DNA of 64,000 nt from Corallochytrium limacisporum Hawaii. Its lineage: Eukaryota > Protista > Pluriformea. Of this stretch, positions 1 through 13,400 are shown piece by piece. The DNA lies in NCBI GenBank assembly GCA_002811645.1, contig PDIP01000126.1:62833-126832 (forward strand). Reading direction: 5' to 3'. The stretch's first letter is position 1. Each line of letters opens with the position of its first letter. The translations under genes were made by a program, and so were the position numbers. The notes beneath the pieces were generated by a model that had not been told where the DNA came from, did no database searches, and worked only from the letters and a program-made list of their open reading frames with translations.

Positions 1-3000
1 CCTCCCCTTCGCCCGCATTCCATTGTTTTCTTCATGTTTCCAGCACGCCAATAAACTCCTAATGATTTGTGGCCGGCAGATCCTTCGAAGAACACCAAAC
101 ATTCGCGTACTGTTGAACAGGCTCTGTCCATGCAGAAGACAAAATAAACGATTTTGTGAGAAACAACGGAAGTTTTCTCCGCTGATTGGGCTTCGCCACA
201 CTCCGAGCTGGACCCAATGGGTACCCCACGCGGTGCCAGTACGCACCCCGTACTCATCGACACCACAGAGAGCATCATCAAAACATGCGTAGACCTTCGG
301 TCAGCTAAACGGCTATTGCTCTTTCGAAAGGAAACAGATTCCAAAATTTGATCAACGCGCTTTGCAGGTTAGTGATCCTCTCACTTGTGGGTGGCATTTG
401 TCGTATTTACGGAGGAGATTGAGGACAGCGAGGAAAAAGAGGAGAGAGTTTTCTGTGAACAACAACACGCACGTCCGGACACGGCAACAATGCAGGGTCA
501 CAGGGTCCGCCGCAAGTGTTCACACAAGATCGCTGTTTCATACCCAACATACTTTAAATCAGCTGCAGAAGATCCGACATTTGCTCCTGTTCTGTCCACC
601 GGCTAGTTACTCGCCATCGCATCTGAATTGTACAAAGGCATCACCGCGTGTCGAGCTGGTTCTAACGCTCCTCCTCGCGCTCCAGCTATTCATCACTGAT
701 CCATAGAATAGTAACAGGGATGGTAGTAGTGAAAGAAGGCTTTAATGGCATCACTGCCATCGCAGATTTTTTCGTGTCGTTGCTTGAGCAGCAACGACGC
801 GCATCCAAATGCCAATGATAACAGTTTCAGAAATTCAGTCGGCAGAGAGCAAAAGGGTAAGGAATGTTTATTTTTGACCTCGGACCTCATTGCCTGAGTG
901 GGTGTTTGAACGACTGCAGCATATTTGGACCCCGTTGGCTTCTAGGAAAATTTCGTCAGCACCGGTTGGGACAAAGGGCGTGCTGAAATTGTGTTGGAAG
1001 ATAGTTCGTCTTGCCTGGGCCCGCAAGCGAGGCGCCGGGGTAAAAAGTAGGAGGGGGGGGGCGGGTAAGGAGCCAACAAACACATGGAAAAAAAAAGAAA
1101 ATGAATTTCTAAAGTGCGCAGCAGTTACTGCACACACCTACAAATAGATTTCAACAGAAACCTATTCTTTGTTGTTGATTTTCACCCGCGGGGGGGAGAG
1201 AGAGAGAAGAGAATGAACGGGAGGAGCGTAAGAGGACGTAGTACCGCAAGTTAAAAAGAAACAGGAAGCGTTTTTCTGCTTTAGCCGGTGAGCCACATCA
1301 CCACTCAGTCACATACAACATTTCTGTGGGGACATACACTCCCTAGGATCGCTTGTGTGCACACTCACGCAACGCATCAAAGGTTACCGATGTTGGCAGT
1401 GGTGTACCTATGGGAGTCCAATTTGACGCGGCCCGGCGACGTGTCCCTCCGCCCTTGTCAATTTACATTTTCTGTTGCCGTGTGCGGTGGGAAGCGCGAG
1501 TGTTTCGAAACAATTGGAAAAAAGTGCGTAGTCGGACAGCTGCCAAATACGTACTGGTCCTACTACGATTTTTCTCTCGCACATTAAATTTGTGCAAGAT
1601 GAGCACGATACCTGAAGGGACAGACTGACGACAATTTAGAAGGGAGCACGATAGTGCCGGACGGTGGTAGCCTCAATGGGTAAACTCGACACTGAACCAA
1701 AACCTCTCTATCCAGATCCGGCACAACATGCGTATCCAACATGCACAGATCAGCGCAGATGCAGTCGCAGAGCCACATGCGCACTGATCGCGCAGTTCCC
1801 CCCCCCCCTCCTCTTTCGCTGTGTTGATATTGTGCTATATAATCTAACTGTATGTGACCATACTTGATGACGCCCGTACCGCATCATCATCGACGATTCT
1901 TATCCATGTTGTCTTGAAAAGTGATTTTCTGTGGACCTTCAACACAGACCCGCCAGCCGATAGCCAACGCGGCACCTGACATAGTACACTCTGTGAACGA
2001 GAAAAACAATTGTGACGGTGGCGAATCTAGAACCGATAGCCGGCCCCGGTATTTCTAAGATGGACATGGAGGCGACCTTCTGGAAAGCTGGACATGTCGG
2101 CCCGCCCACCCGCTCACACCGGGCGCATACGCTGCACAACGTCTTGGGTGCGCGCATATGGTTCTTGTGCTCAGTTCATTTTACCCGCACATGTGCAACT
2201 CAAATGATCGTCGCCAACCCCGTGTTTTATTTTGCCAAAGCCTTCCTTCTGTAAGTGCACCGGCGGGTATGCCATGACAGCAAGAGACAAATGACGCAGA
2301 GTAGGTCCCCCCCCTCCGGTTTTGAGCACGCTCAATCCATGAGTACGGGAGCGCGGGGGAGGGGATCCGTGTATTTTTTTTTTTCAGATGTGCTACCAAT
2401 TTTATCTTTGGTCCCCTTCCAGAGACCCGCTGTAAATTTGGATACTTTATTAGACAACCCAGGCCCTCCTCCGCTCGCGTATGCTTACCTGCCCTTCCCC
2501 TTCCAAAATGTCCCCCCCCCCCAGCCAGCCAGCTACCCTGGCCGCCTCGTTCACTTGTCTTGCGCGCGGTCCCCCCCCCCTTCCAAGTTTTTCTCCGGTA
2601 CCGTATCTCTCCGTACCAAAATCAACAGGAAACTATAAGAAGGGAGGGAGAGAGGAGGGGGGGGGGACTGGGGACCGGAACAAAAAAAAACGAAAAAAAA
2701 AACTCTATCCTTTCTCTGTTGTGTGACCTTGTGCCTGCCCCAACCACCGGGTCTCATACAATCCCATTTCCCAGGCCTTTTGGACCCCTGCCCCGCTACT
2801 GCGAGCACTGGCAAGAGAAACAGTAAAGGAAACCCACAAGGGCCATGTGCGTAAAATACATAGTACATTAACTATAGCTCGTGTGGCGTTAGGATTAGTG
2901 GTAGGAATTTTAGGTGAGAAAAAATTTCCCCTCCATCGCATACCCGCATTCTCGACCACTCATTCTTTTTGTGATCCAACAGTACCTATTTTTTGTGAGG

Positions 3001-5326
3001 AGGGCGCTAGGGCTTGCTGCGTTTTCCATACATTTTTGTATGTTTTTCTATGACCGATGCAAACCGTGGTAGGCACGATCATATCCCCCGTCACCAGATG
3101 TGTGGAAGAGATTCAATGCTGTTGCACAGGAATTCTAAATCCCTAAATATTTCTTATGTTTTGGGCGTTTAGCGCTCCGGTTATGTAAACAAAGTTCGCC
3201 AGTGTTCTATAGTGAATGTATTGGATCTTGATTTCTCCTAGGTTTCCCAACTGCCATAGCTCTATTGTCAGTTAACAAACCTTCCGCCTTTGTTCCCATG
3301 TGCCACATGCACGCATCGCAGACTGTACTGTCACTATGAGTGTGTTGGTCAACATCGCAATTTAATGAATGTGAAGCACTTTGACTGACAACCAGCAGGT
3401 TTAGCGGTTGATGCTGTTGATGTGGGTGTGTGTAATTGCTCTATTTGTGTCGGTCGATACCCCGATTGCCTTGTGTGATGAATTGCACATGTGCCGTGTG
3501 TGGCCCTCGGTGTGGTCCGTTCTCTGTGGGCGAGAATAGAGAAGTTTGAGCGCCCATGCACTCGGGGTGCGGGTGCATCCGTCAGTAGGTGCCAACCGCG
3601 AACGCCGACAAAAACCCTCATCCACCCATGAACGACAGTGGGCCGACTGCGAGCGGCAGGAGAAATCGTCCGTTTAGTCGGTTTTGCGCATGCTAACCTG
3701 TGCCCATGGCATGCACACACACTCACAAGCGCAAAAGTCCCCCAATCCCAACGTAGTAGCCACCTCATTGGCCATTCCTCCATCCAGTGTGGACGCTGAT
3801 GGCGGCGTTTGGATGCTGGAGCGGACCATAAGTTGGTGGTACTGTCACCTTTGTGGAGGGTTGGTGTTGGGAAAATATCGATGGGTGATGCAGAACGATG
3901 ATGAAGGATGCTGATGCTGTGTGGTCGATGCACCAAGAGAGATCTATCGGGTGATCCAGTACTGACGGAAACATGAACCGTGTGAGAGAATTTGAGACCA
4001 GCGGAGATGAGGGATACGATGGTCACATACAGTGTCCAGCGCTGCGTAGTATGTGAGCGGGAGCAGTCCCCCTCCCCACCCCGGAATGTAAATGCCGCAC
4101 CTGCGTCCTCGGTCCGACCCAGAGCATATCATTTTCCTTATACTGAATTTATGACGTGATGCGAACGGCTTCGAGGCACTCTTCAGTTATGCCACAGCAG
4201 AACCTTTCGTGTAAGCGCGTACCGTTAGGTTGGTGGGGGGGGGAGGAAGACTGCATCGGTGTCCGCAAGGAGTCCTGTTGGGAATATTGTGACTTGCCAG
4301 GGGGAGGAGAGGTAGGTATTATAAGTATTGGATATACCGCCACTCCTCAGGATACTGCATAAATACGCAAATACCAATATCATTATCAGTGAGGTTTCGC
4401 TATCACGATACACCAGTTACAACATAACTGACGAGGCTGCGGTACCACAGCACGCCTCTCGGTGAATTACACCCCATACTGAATGTACCAGAGTATATCA
4501 AGGGGGTCACTGGACGAGTACTGAAACCGCTTTTTTTGAGTCGTTAAAATTTCGTTGTAGGTCCGGGGTGTCCAATCTCCCGTTCTGTTCGCTTATGTCA
4601 ATAGAGTTGATGGTTTTGGTACCGTGATCAGCGCTCGGTCTTATAATTTCTAAGAAATTGGTCCGCTGTGCACGCTGCAAAAACACACAGGCACACACCC
4701 ACCCCTTGGTCCTCCCCGCTTCCTGCCCGCACCGCGCACAGAGACACAGACACGCTCAGAAGCGCCCGAACATACAAAAAATAGAAACTGACCCATCACG
4801 ACCCACCGGACCATATCTGTACAGCTCCATACCCGAGAGATACACTCCAACTAAGGGTCCCAATCATCGTGTTCTTCTGGAAACATGCGAGAAGGGTGGG
4901 GAAACGCGGTCACAGTGACCATACTCTTGTCCGTGCCCGTTCATCACCATACCCATCATCCATCCATCCACCATCAGTCAAACTGAAACTCTTCCGAGAA
5001 AAAAAGCATTCATTGATTAGAGTAGATAGACAGACGAACGATCGTAGGGCGCAGCGGTGAGCACACGCAGGCTTAACGTAAATCAACTCCACGTACGCAG
5101 TCACGACGGGATCCGGGCTGTCCAATCCCTGCGCAGCGACGGCAGTATCAAGAGAGCCGCAGGCTAGCGGGATGGGGCATGAGAGCGACAGCGAGAGAAA
5201 TTGAGAAAGCGATAGTGCGCGATTAGACCGCCTCCAACAGGCAAGGGAGATATGCAACGCTCTGCTGGAGGAGAGCGGTTTGTGGTGAGCGGTGAACCAG
5301 AACAAGCACAGACACAGACAAATGAC

Positions 5327-5580
5327 AGGGAGAGAGGGAGAGAGAGAGAGAGAGTGTGTGTGTGTTTGTGCCAGAGAGCGAGAGCGAGAAAGAGAGAAAG
5401 AGAGACAGAGAGAAAGAGAGAAAGAGAGACAGAGAGAAAGAGAGAGAGAAAAGAAAGAGAGAGAGGGAGAGAAAAGAAAGAGAGAGAGGGAGAGAAAGAT
5501 TGAGAGAGTTAGCAAGAACAGCGCGGCTGTAAGAACTACGGCGAGGAAAGGAGAGAAGGGGAGCTCAAAAAAAGGAAGGG
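5327..5580. repeat. Polypurine (AG/AAAG-rich) low-complexity tract with a short (GT)n
   Basis: Almost pure A/G on the + strand, including a repeated AGAGAGAAAGAGAGACAGAGAGAA unit. It generates the spurious ER-rich and SL-rich ORFs. Confidence 0.9.
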
Positions 5581-6065
5581 TGGTGACCAAGCCAAGCTAA
5601 GAGATAGAGAAAAACGAGGAACAATTTTCGGGAAGTGAGGCGAAGGGCGCATTGATGTGCAGAGACTCCGTGAGGACAAGGGAGTAGACAATTTTTTGCT
5701 AAAAGGGACAGAACAGGAAATAAACTGGGCGTCAGCGACCTGGAACGAGGCAGACTTCTACAAAATGCGACTCCCGCCCCCTACCATACATCATAGTCAC
5801 TGATAGTGTGGAGAATTGGTTGGAGATAGAGAGATGGATATTGGTGATTGTACCGCTGCACAGTTTCAATTGGGAAGAAACACACCGTATTCGTATTATG
5901 TATGAAATGCTCAGTGAATTTTGTATATATATTGTATGCTGATGATGGATTTAGGATGATGAAATTATGACATATGATGACTGACTACTAGTTGCGGCAA
6001 CGCATATAGGGTTGAGAATCTCCAGGACCTCAAAGCGATGGTTTTTATACCTCAAACCGGTCCGC

Positions 6066-7448
6066 TTAGAAAGAAGGGAATTGCATGACGCTGGGCATGG
6101 CAAAGGCACCGTAGTCCAGGCCAATGGTACCAGCACCGCCGGACCAGCGAGTGGCACTCTGCTGGTCGAAGGCCTGCTGCTGGTTGTAGTAAGCGTTGGG
6201 CTCGTCCACCATGCTAGGCATCATGGGCCCGTCGTACAGACCAGCGACGGCAGAGTACATGGGATTGTAGCTGTCAGCTGTGGCGCCAGGGCTCACATCG
6301 TTGGCAGTCTGACGACCAGAGCTGCCGGGAGAGTCAGGCAGAGTGGTGATCTCCGAGTAGTTGCTGGCGGCACGGTTCAGGTTCTGCACCGGGCGAGAGG
6401 TGCTGGACCAAGATGCCTTGTTAGCGAGGGTGAAGGAGCCAGAGGAGGACATGGAAGCAGACAGGCTGGCCTGCTCGATGCTCACAAGGGAGTTGCTAGA
6501 CACAGAGCTGGCAGGATCCATGATGTACTCACTACCAGGTGCAGTCAGCTGGTCGTAAGCGCCAGGGGCAGCGGGGAACTCAAAGCTGTTGCGGCCGAGC
6601 ATGGTCACGGGGCGGTTGAACTGGTCAATCACCTTCTGTTGCTGCTGGTTCGCGTTGGCAGTGACAGCGGCAGCGGCGGCAGCGGCAACAGCGGGGGCAA
6701 CCTGCTGCTGAGGCTGCTGCTGCTGAGGCTGCTGCTGCTGAATCTGACGCTTCTGCTGGCCACGGCGACCAGGGGTGGTAGTCTGCTGAGCACCAGCGGG
6801 CAGAGGCTCGTCACGGTGCAGAGCACGCTCGTGAGAGACCTTGTGGATGCGCTGGGTGAAGGCACGGTCACAGTAAGAGCACTTGTAGGGCTTCTCACCG
6901 GTGTGGATGCGCTCGTGCTTACGGCGGGCGTCGGAGTGGACGAAGCCCTTGCCGCAGAACTGGCACACGAAGGGGCGCTCACCAGTGTGCTGGCGGACGT
7001 GGGTAGCCAAGGCAGAGCTCACAGCAAAGGCCTTGGGGCACTGCTTGCACTTGTAAGGCTTGGCACCAGTGTGGGTGCGAATGTGCTTCTGCAAGTCGCA
7101 CTTCTGAGCGAAGGCAGAGGGGCAGTATGAGCACTTGAAGGGGCGCTCGCCAGTGTGGACACGCTGGTGGCGGACCTTCTGGTTTTGGTAGGCAAAGCAC
7201 TTACCGCAGACCTCGCACTGGTGAGGCTTGTTGCCGTTGTGTTGACCTTCGTGGATCTTGAGCTCAGTGCGGCGAGTGAAGGTTTGGGGGCACTGCTTGC
7301 ACTTGTAGACCTGCACGGGCTTCTTGGTGATCATGCCCATGGGAGCAGGAGTAGGGTTTGTCAGGCCAACCTGGGCGACCAGGTTGGGCATGGCGGCGGC
7401 GACAGTAGTATCGACCGCAGTCTGGCCGAGTTGACTTCCAAGACTCAT
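6066..7448 (-). CDS. C2H2 zinc-finger transcription factor, 6 tandem Kruppel-type fingers followed by polyQ/polyA and a Ser/Pro-rich tail (about 460 aa)
   Basis: Six C-x2-C-x12-H-x3/4-H fingers with TGE(K/R)P-type linkers. Start placed at MSLGSQ (ATG at 7448, context cacagccatcATG). The upstream ATG at 7643 adds 65 aa that look non-coding. Confidence 0.93.
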   Translation of the reverse strand: MSLGSQLGQTAVDTTVAAAMPNLVAQVGLTNPTPAPMGMITKKPVQVYKCKQCPQTFTRRTELKIHEGQHNGNKPHQCEVCGKCFAYQNQKVRHQRVHTGERPFKCSYCPSAFAQKCDLQKHIRTHTGAKPYKCKQCPKAFAVSSALATHVRQHTGERPFVCQFCGKGFVHSDARRKHERIHTGEKPYKCSYCDRAFTQRIHKVSHERALHRDEPLPAGAQQTTTPGRRGQQKRQIQQQQPQQQQPQQQVAPAVAAAAAAAVTANANQQQQKVIDQFNRPVTMLGRNSFEFPAAPGAYDQLTAPGSEYIMDPASSVSSNSLVSIEQASLSASMSSSGSFTLANKASWSSTSRPVQNLNRAASNYSEITTLPDSPGSSGRQTANDVSPGATADSYNPMYSAVAGLYDGPMMPSMVDEPNAYYNQQQAFDQQSATRWSGGAGTIGLDYGAFAMPSVMQFPSF

Positions 7449-10400
7449 GATGGCTGTGATAGTGTTGTGTGTGAGTGGACTACTGTGGGCTATTGGAGTA
7501 TAGTAAGGCCATTGAATATCGATCCTTTCGGACCTTAAGGTTGTCTCTGAAGTGCTGCTCAATAAATACCCCAAGTGATCATGATCTTGACGGGTGATAA
7601 CTTGGTGATGACCTTTCTGTTCCGTACATTTAATGTCCTGCATCTGAATGGCCTTTCTCTGTCTCCGTCAAACAATCCACCCGCCGGCGGGAAATAAACC
7701 CCTCGACTCCACTATTGTCACTCTACCGCGAGCTCCCCCCCCTTCGAGCCTTCCCTCTGTTCTGGTTTTCTTTATTCTTGTCGTCACAAATCTATTTCAA
7801 GGCCATATACTTTCTCTATGCAGGACCTAGGCTTTACACTCTCCCAAAACCGCCTCTCCCTCTCCCAATCTCTCCAGTGCCACTATGAGTCTTCGGTGAG
7901 AAGCACCCCCCNNNNNNNNNNNNNNNNNNNNNNNNNNNNNNNNNNNNNNNNNNNNNNNNNNNNNNNNNNNNNNNNNNNNNNNNNNNNNNNNNNNNNNNNN
8001 NNNNNNNNNNNNNNNNNNNNNNNNNNNNNNNNNNNNNNNNNNNNNNNNNNNNNNNNNNNNNNNNNNNNNNNNNNNNNNNNNNNNNNNNNNNNNNNNNNNN
8101 NNNNNNNNNNNNNNNNNNNNNNNNNNNNNNNNNNNNNNNNNNNNNNNNNNNNNNNNCCTCCCCGGGGAAAGGGGGGGAGAGAGTTGTGGTGGTTGCGATC
8201 TCTGGGTGAAACCCTCCAGACCCCTTTCCCCCCTTTCCCCCCTTCCCCCCCTTCTGTCCTTTAACACACTCTCTCCTTGCCTTCCCAGTGCGCGCCGCTG
8301 TCCCTTCCTCCCTTCCCCCTTTTCCCAATCTCTCTCAGCTCGGCCTCTGTGCCTTGCCTTTCCCTGTGCCCGAGGCATCTGGAGGTGTCCACTGCTCCCC
8401 CAATGATCTGCGTACAATAGCGGCCGCCATCCTCCACTGTACAGTGGATCCTTTGAGAGACAATAGATCTCCGTCACTTCTGCTGCCCAGTATATGATGT
8501 TTCTGCAGGATGTTCATAGTCAATTCACTTGTCCAACAGAGAACCGGGGAAGCCCGGATTCCCTTTTCCCCCGTCTCCGCTCCTCGCAGGCAATTTTGGC
8601 TGGTTCCTTGGGGTTTCCCCCTTCCCCTCTCTCCTCCCCTGGCTTTCCCCCTTTTCCCGCTTGGAGAGCAAGTGTTCTCGGTGTGAGGAGTGGGGCATCG
8701 CATCCCGTCACGTATACATCCGACTTTTGGTCCAAGAGTAAGGGACTATAGGTCCGGCTAACTAGGTATAACACTCTCTCAAGACTCTCTATAGCGAAAT
8801 ATATGCACTCTGTGTGAAGAAGACGCACCACCAATACCAAGTTTTTTTTATGTTGATTTTGTGCGCAACGTACATAGACTATGCCATATCCACTCCCACC
8901 AGCCAGGCATGCCCACCCAAGCGGACAACCCTCACTACTACCAGCCACAGCAGAGCTGAGTTCGGGACCATAATACGCCCGCCCAAAAAACTCTCCAATG
9001 GGTTTTTTTTGGCAGGCGAATTGATTAATTCATGTCTGCCACTAAAAAACCATCGCACCCTGCACATAAGATTTTTTTCTTGTCCTATGCCACATTCTCT
9101 CCCGTATTTTTTTTTTTTCTTTTGGTGGCACGGATGGAAGGGGGGGTCTCGTCTGCGCTCCCTTCCGTCTCACTGCGCTGTGGTCGTCGTTCCTCGCCCA
9201 CTGTTTTGCCATTTGGGTTCCCTTGGCCGATGGGAGCCGGAGCCAATCAACGTAGGCGTTTGGTGGCGCCCTCAATTCACCTGCGCACCCACTATAGACC
9301 TCGCTTCAGTAGTACCATCGTCATTGGGAGACGAAGAGGAAAATGATTTTCCTGTTTGACTGGGATCTATGGGACCGTCGGCTTAGTTGACCTATTTCTC
9401 GGGAACTTATGATGATCGAATGTTGTATTATATCCACCAAGACTGCAGAAATTTGACGAACAGATGTATTTTGAGGGGTGGAGTGTGAGAGTTACAGTTT
9501 TTCAGTATTTCGGAACCGGCACATAAGCCAGCCTTTCCCCTTCCCCCCCCCCCCCCTTTAGCTCTCTCCACCCTTAATCCTCCTCTATGTACACTGGTTT
9601 ACTATAGGGAATCCCCCCCCATCGAAGGTTTTTCAATGTAATTGCAAACAAATGTTAGAAGTACGATATATAGAACATACCGACGGCGCAGGGGCTTCGG
9701 TGGCTTGTTCTTAGAGTTGAAAATATTTGACAGTTCGAAGATCAGAAAGTTACTGCATTAATGAAGTTGATATATGTCTGTCTGTTTTGCTTGTAGCCAT
9801 ATGGTAACTTTTAGCGTCACTTTTTAGGCACCGCTATGCAACCGTGTAACAGAAACATCATTGGCCAATACAAAAGGCAGGTCCTAGGGTCGAGGCGCAT
9901 GTTATGTGGTAAAGATACATCATGTGCAGTACAGCACATACATCGTTCGATAGTATCAATGCTCTGCTCAGATGTTCTATGTACTATGTAACTGGAATGC
10001 AAAATTGCGTGCTGGCGGCGAGTTGCGAGAACTGACGAGTGGGGAGAAGCTCAGCCCCTCCGGAAAAACTGAAAAAGGGCCGCACATGAGCATGCTCGCG
10101 GACCAAACTTCGGATACATATGATTAGCGCTTGGCGAGCTGAAGCCAGGGTGTGCCTGCAGTTGGATGTCTGAATGTATTGTGATGTTGATGTGACCATC
10201 ACAGGCTGCAATGCCACGAGTATTTGTCGATGGGTGGATGTGTCTGTAAATTCTGTGACACTTCCTGTGATCTGTGCGAGTATATCGAAAGGCCCAGATC
10301 CACTCGCCACGGGCTCTACGAGCTGTATTGCCCATATAAGAGAGAACACTTACCTGCAGTTTTAGACTGTGCCTTGCGACGGTGACGATGGGCAATGCAT

Positions 10401-13400
10401 GTCTATAACTGGATTGTCCATGTGGACGGTATAGTTAGACCGGGAACGGTATAATATTTCGATGGGTTACAGTGGGAAGCACAGACGTCACACTGGCACT
10501 TGAGGAAGCAGTCACATATACACGTACTAGGGTCAAGTATAGGGAGCCATTGCGGAGGACGGTTGAATCGCAAGACTCGGGTGAGGTCTCCAAGTCCCAA
10601 GGACTTGGCTCCTCTTGTCGATGACTGTGGTACTTTTACTATAGAGAAGTAACCGGAAAAATTTTCCTTTGACAATCTCGCGCACTATTACTATTGCATA
10701 AACTCCTTGTTTTTTTTTCCTTCCGTTTCTTCGTTATTCCACGTGCACCTGTGTCGATGGGTGGTTGAAACCCTAAGCTTTCGCCAGTACGTACCGAAGA
10801 TGAATCGACGCCCCATTTCCATACTTAATGTATAGAAAAGTGGGCCATTTGCTAAAAATTCTTTTGTGCTTGTACAACATACTCGCGGGTTGACGACGAT
10901 GACGGGAACTGGCCAAACCCTTAAAAAAAGGCTCGCAAAGTCCAAAAAAATGAGAACGAAAGGAAAAAAAAGCCCCCCCCCCCTCTCTTCTCTCCCCGCG
11001 TCTCGCCTTCCACCCCCGGGCTTTTTTGCCCGTCGTCCAAAACAATCCCCCTTTTGACTGTTCGCGTTCAGTATGTGACTTCATTTGACCGTTAAGCCTG
11101 CTTGCAGACCCCCAGTGGGGCTAGTGACCATGTGCCCCCCTCGATGCTTTCTATGGTAGAGCAACCTTGTGCATTCCTGTATGTCTGGAACTGAACTGGT
11201 ACTGAATGTATAGACCATCTATTCATTGGCCCAAACTCCATCACCCAAACATTGCGTAGAAGTAAATTTTTTCCTCAATTTCGATCGTGTTTTTCGTACG
11301 CACCTAGTCCAGTATTCTCGTTTAACCGTCGAGTGGGAGATCGAAATGAGGCCAAACGAAAACTAGCAGAGTGGTTTCAATGCTCTCAGCAATCAAATGC
11401 TCTTGACCCGGTCATTGATAGGGGATGAGTATCGGGTCCTAGTTTTCTCTTCTTTTTCTTTCTATTTGTATTAAAAACGAAGAACTTCATCTCTTCCGTA
11501 TTCTTCTCCGCATATCTTTCTCTCCATTCATCTTCCCCCCCCCCTGTTTCACTCTCCGGAAGGGGGGGGGGGAGCGGGACCTCTCCTCACGAGGCGAGCC
11601 TGAAAGGGCCCCACTTGCTTTCTCACACTTCTGTTGCCTCTTTATTGACCGTTAGTTCCTAAGCCCTCTCTCTGGCGGCTCGGTTTGAGAGCCTATCCTA
11701 AACCAACGGTCGCATCTTAGTGGCTGCTGCTATCTCTCTTGACTTGTGGGACACTTTATGCACTCGTGGATTAACTGCTAACCTATCAGCTCTCTCAGCA
11801 ACTGAGTAAATAGACGGGACGGTAACGCGCTCGCACAACTCAGGGCTACAAATCAGACAGCCGGTACCGTTGCACGATACCCGGCTATTCATTGTGGGTG
11901 ATCTCTGCAATTGGATGTGGTCTCGCAGACTTATGACTGACCTCGCGCGAGAGCCATCATCACGTTCAGGTTGCAGGTAGAGAGATTAGGTCTATAGTGC
12001 AATGTGAGCGCAGCATGCCGCCTAGATATCTCGTATTCTCAATAATGATATTTGTAATATTATATGAACACATTGCGTACGCCTCGCATAGTCGAAGCCT
12101 CACCAACAGCCGTTTATAATGGATTTCAGTTTGTTAGCATCTTAATACTGGATGAATGAGCCGTGATATGAATATACACAATATCACCACCGGTAGTGGT
12201 GCACAGAACTAGTTGTGTTGCTTGGCTTTCTGTCCCTTCGTGTCTTTGTCTGACTGTGCAGTATATGAGGGATCGGATCGATGGAAAGAAAGATCCAAGA
12301 CGACTTGCACGCACCACGTATAATCGTGTCGATTGCTTTAGATGAAAAGCAACTCTGATCGTGTAGAGATATACCATATGTATATATGTAGTTCTGTTCA
12401 TCTAGCCGTTCGTGTCTGCCCCTCAGGTTGGTTCACCATTGTTCTTCGACAGAGATATCTATGGAACAAAGCAGTAGCTCAGGCGTTAACTCTACTATAA
12501 AACTATAGGGACCCATAGTATAGTTTCGAAGCAATTACAGGAATAGGGGCTTATTGAATTTCCTACTCTTTCACGCCCTTCTCTGACATTCTAGCTCTTA
12601 TTTTGCGCTACTCACTCTTCTGCCGATCTCGCCATGGATTCGTTTATGACTGAATGTATTTGTTCTTCTTCAGTCACGGGGATCGTCATGTTAGGCGGTG
12701 GTGTGTTAAAACAATGGTATCTTCAATTTTGTCACTCCTCATCAGCCCTTCGACACGTACTCTCAAAGCAGGGGAGTCATGACCGACAAGCCACCCACAT
12801 CATAGTGTTTGCTTAGCAATGCTTCATTCGGGCCCGCAAGGTGGGGTGGTCCAACGCAGATTCGACCAGCCAATGCCCATAACAAACGAGGCACACGACT
12901 CCCTTTTCCTTCTCCTCCCCCGACTGTGAGGCAAGAAAGTCATCCCGGGAGAATCCTCTGTATTGGAACCGAGAATGTGCGAGAAAGAGCGACCGAAGTA
13001 CCAAATCTTCACGCCCTTTCGGGAATACACTCGGCGCATGATAGCGAACGAATACTTTAAGGAACAACTGCGAAAGCGGGATTCCCCTACATTATGTATA
13101 GCAAACTCAATAAAGTTTCCATACCGCTTGCGCTCTCACACCGGGTTCTGCTTGGTGTTCCTTTCCGGCGCCCCCACACAGAAGGATCACTTGGAAACTT
13201 TAAGACTCAGGAGTTGTTGAATTGCGTATGCAAGTAGCCCATATATACAATACCACTCGAGGGAGGGAAGAATCTAGTGCGGGCGGTCTGGGAGTTCGGA
13301 GTTTCGGCTGGCCCGCTGGTTTTGCGTCTGGGTGTCCTCAATGGGCAACTTCGACGGTCTCTTCTGCGGGATTGTCCACCACTTGGTTCTGAAGCCCGAA

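Noticed and set aside
3898-3965. ATGATGA...CTGA pair resembling a C/D box snoRNA
   Set aside because: No convincing terminal stem, and only weak, off-register rRNA complementarity.
3349-4026. 225-aa minus-strand ORF
   Set aside because: GTG start, no domain and no host-like codon bias; looks like C/A-rich UTR or intergenic sequence.
6012-7538. Long + strand ORFs (372 and 127 aa) opposite the zinc-finger gene, and similar antisense ORFs inside REV3, DRP1, RAB8, Atos and FUSC
   Set aside because: Antisense shadows caused by codon bias; non-ATG starts in many cases and no domains.
13279-13316. GCGGGC...GCCCGC hairpin
   Set aside because: Short and mostly G-U pairs inside; expected by chance in G-rich sequence.
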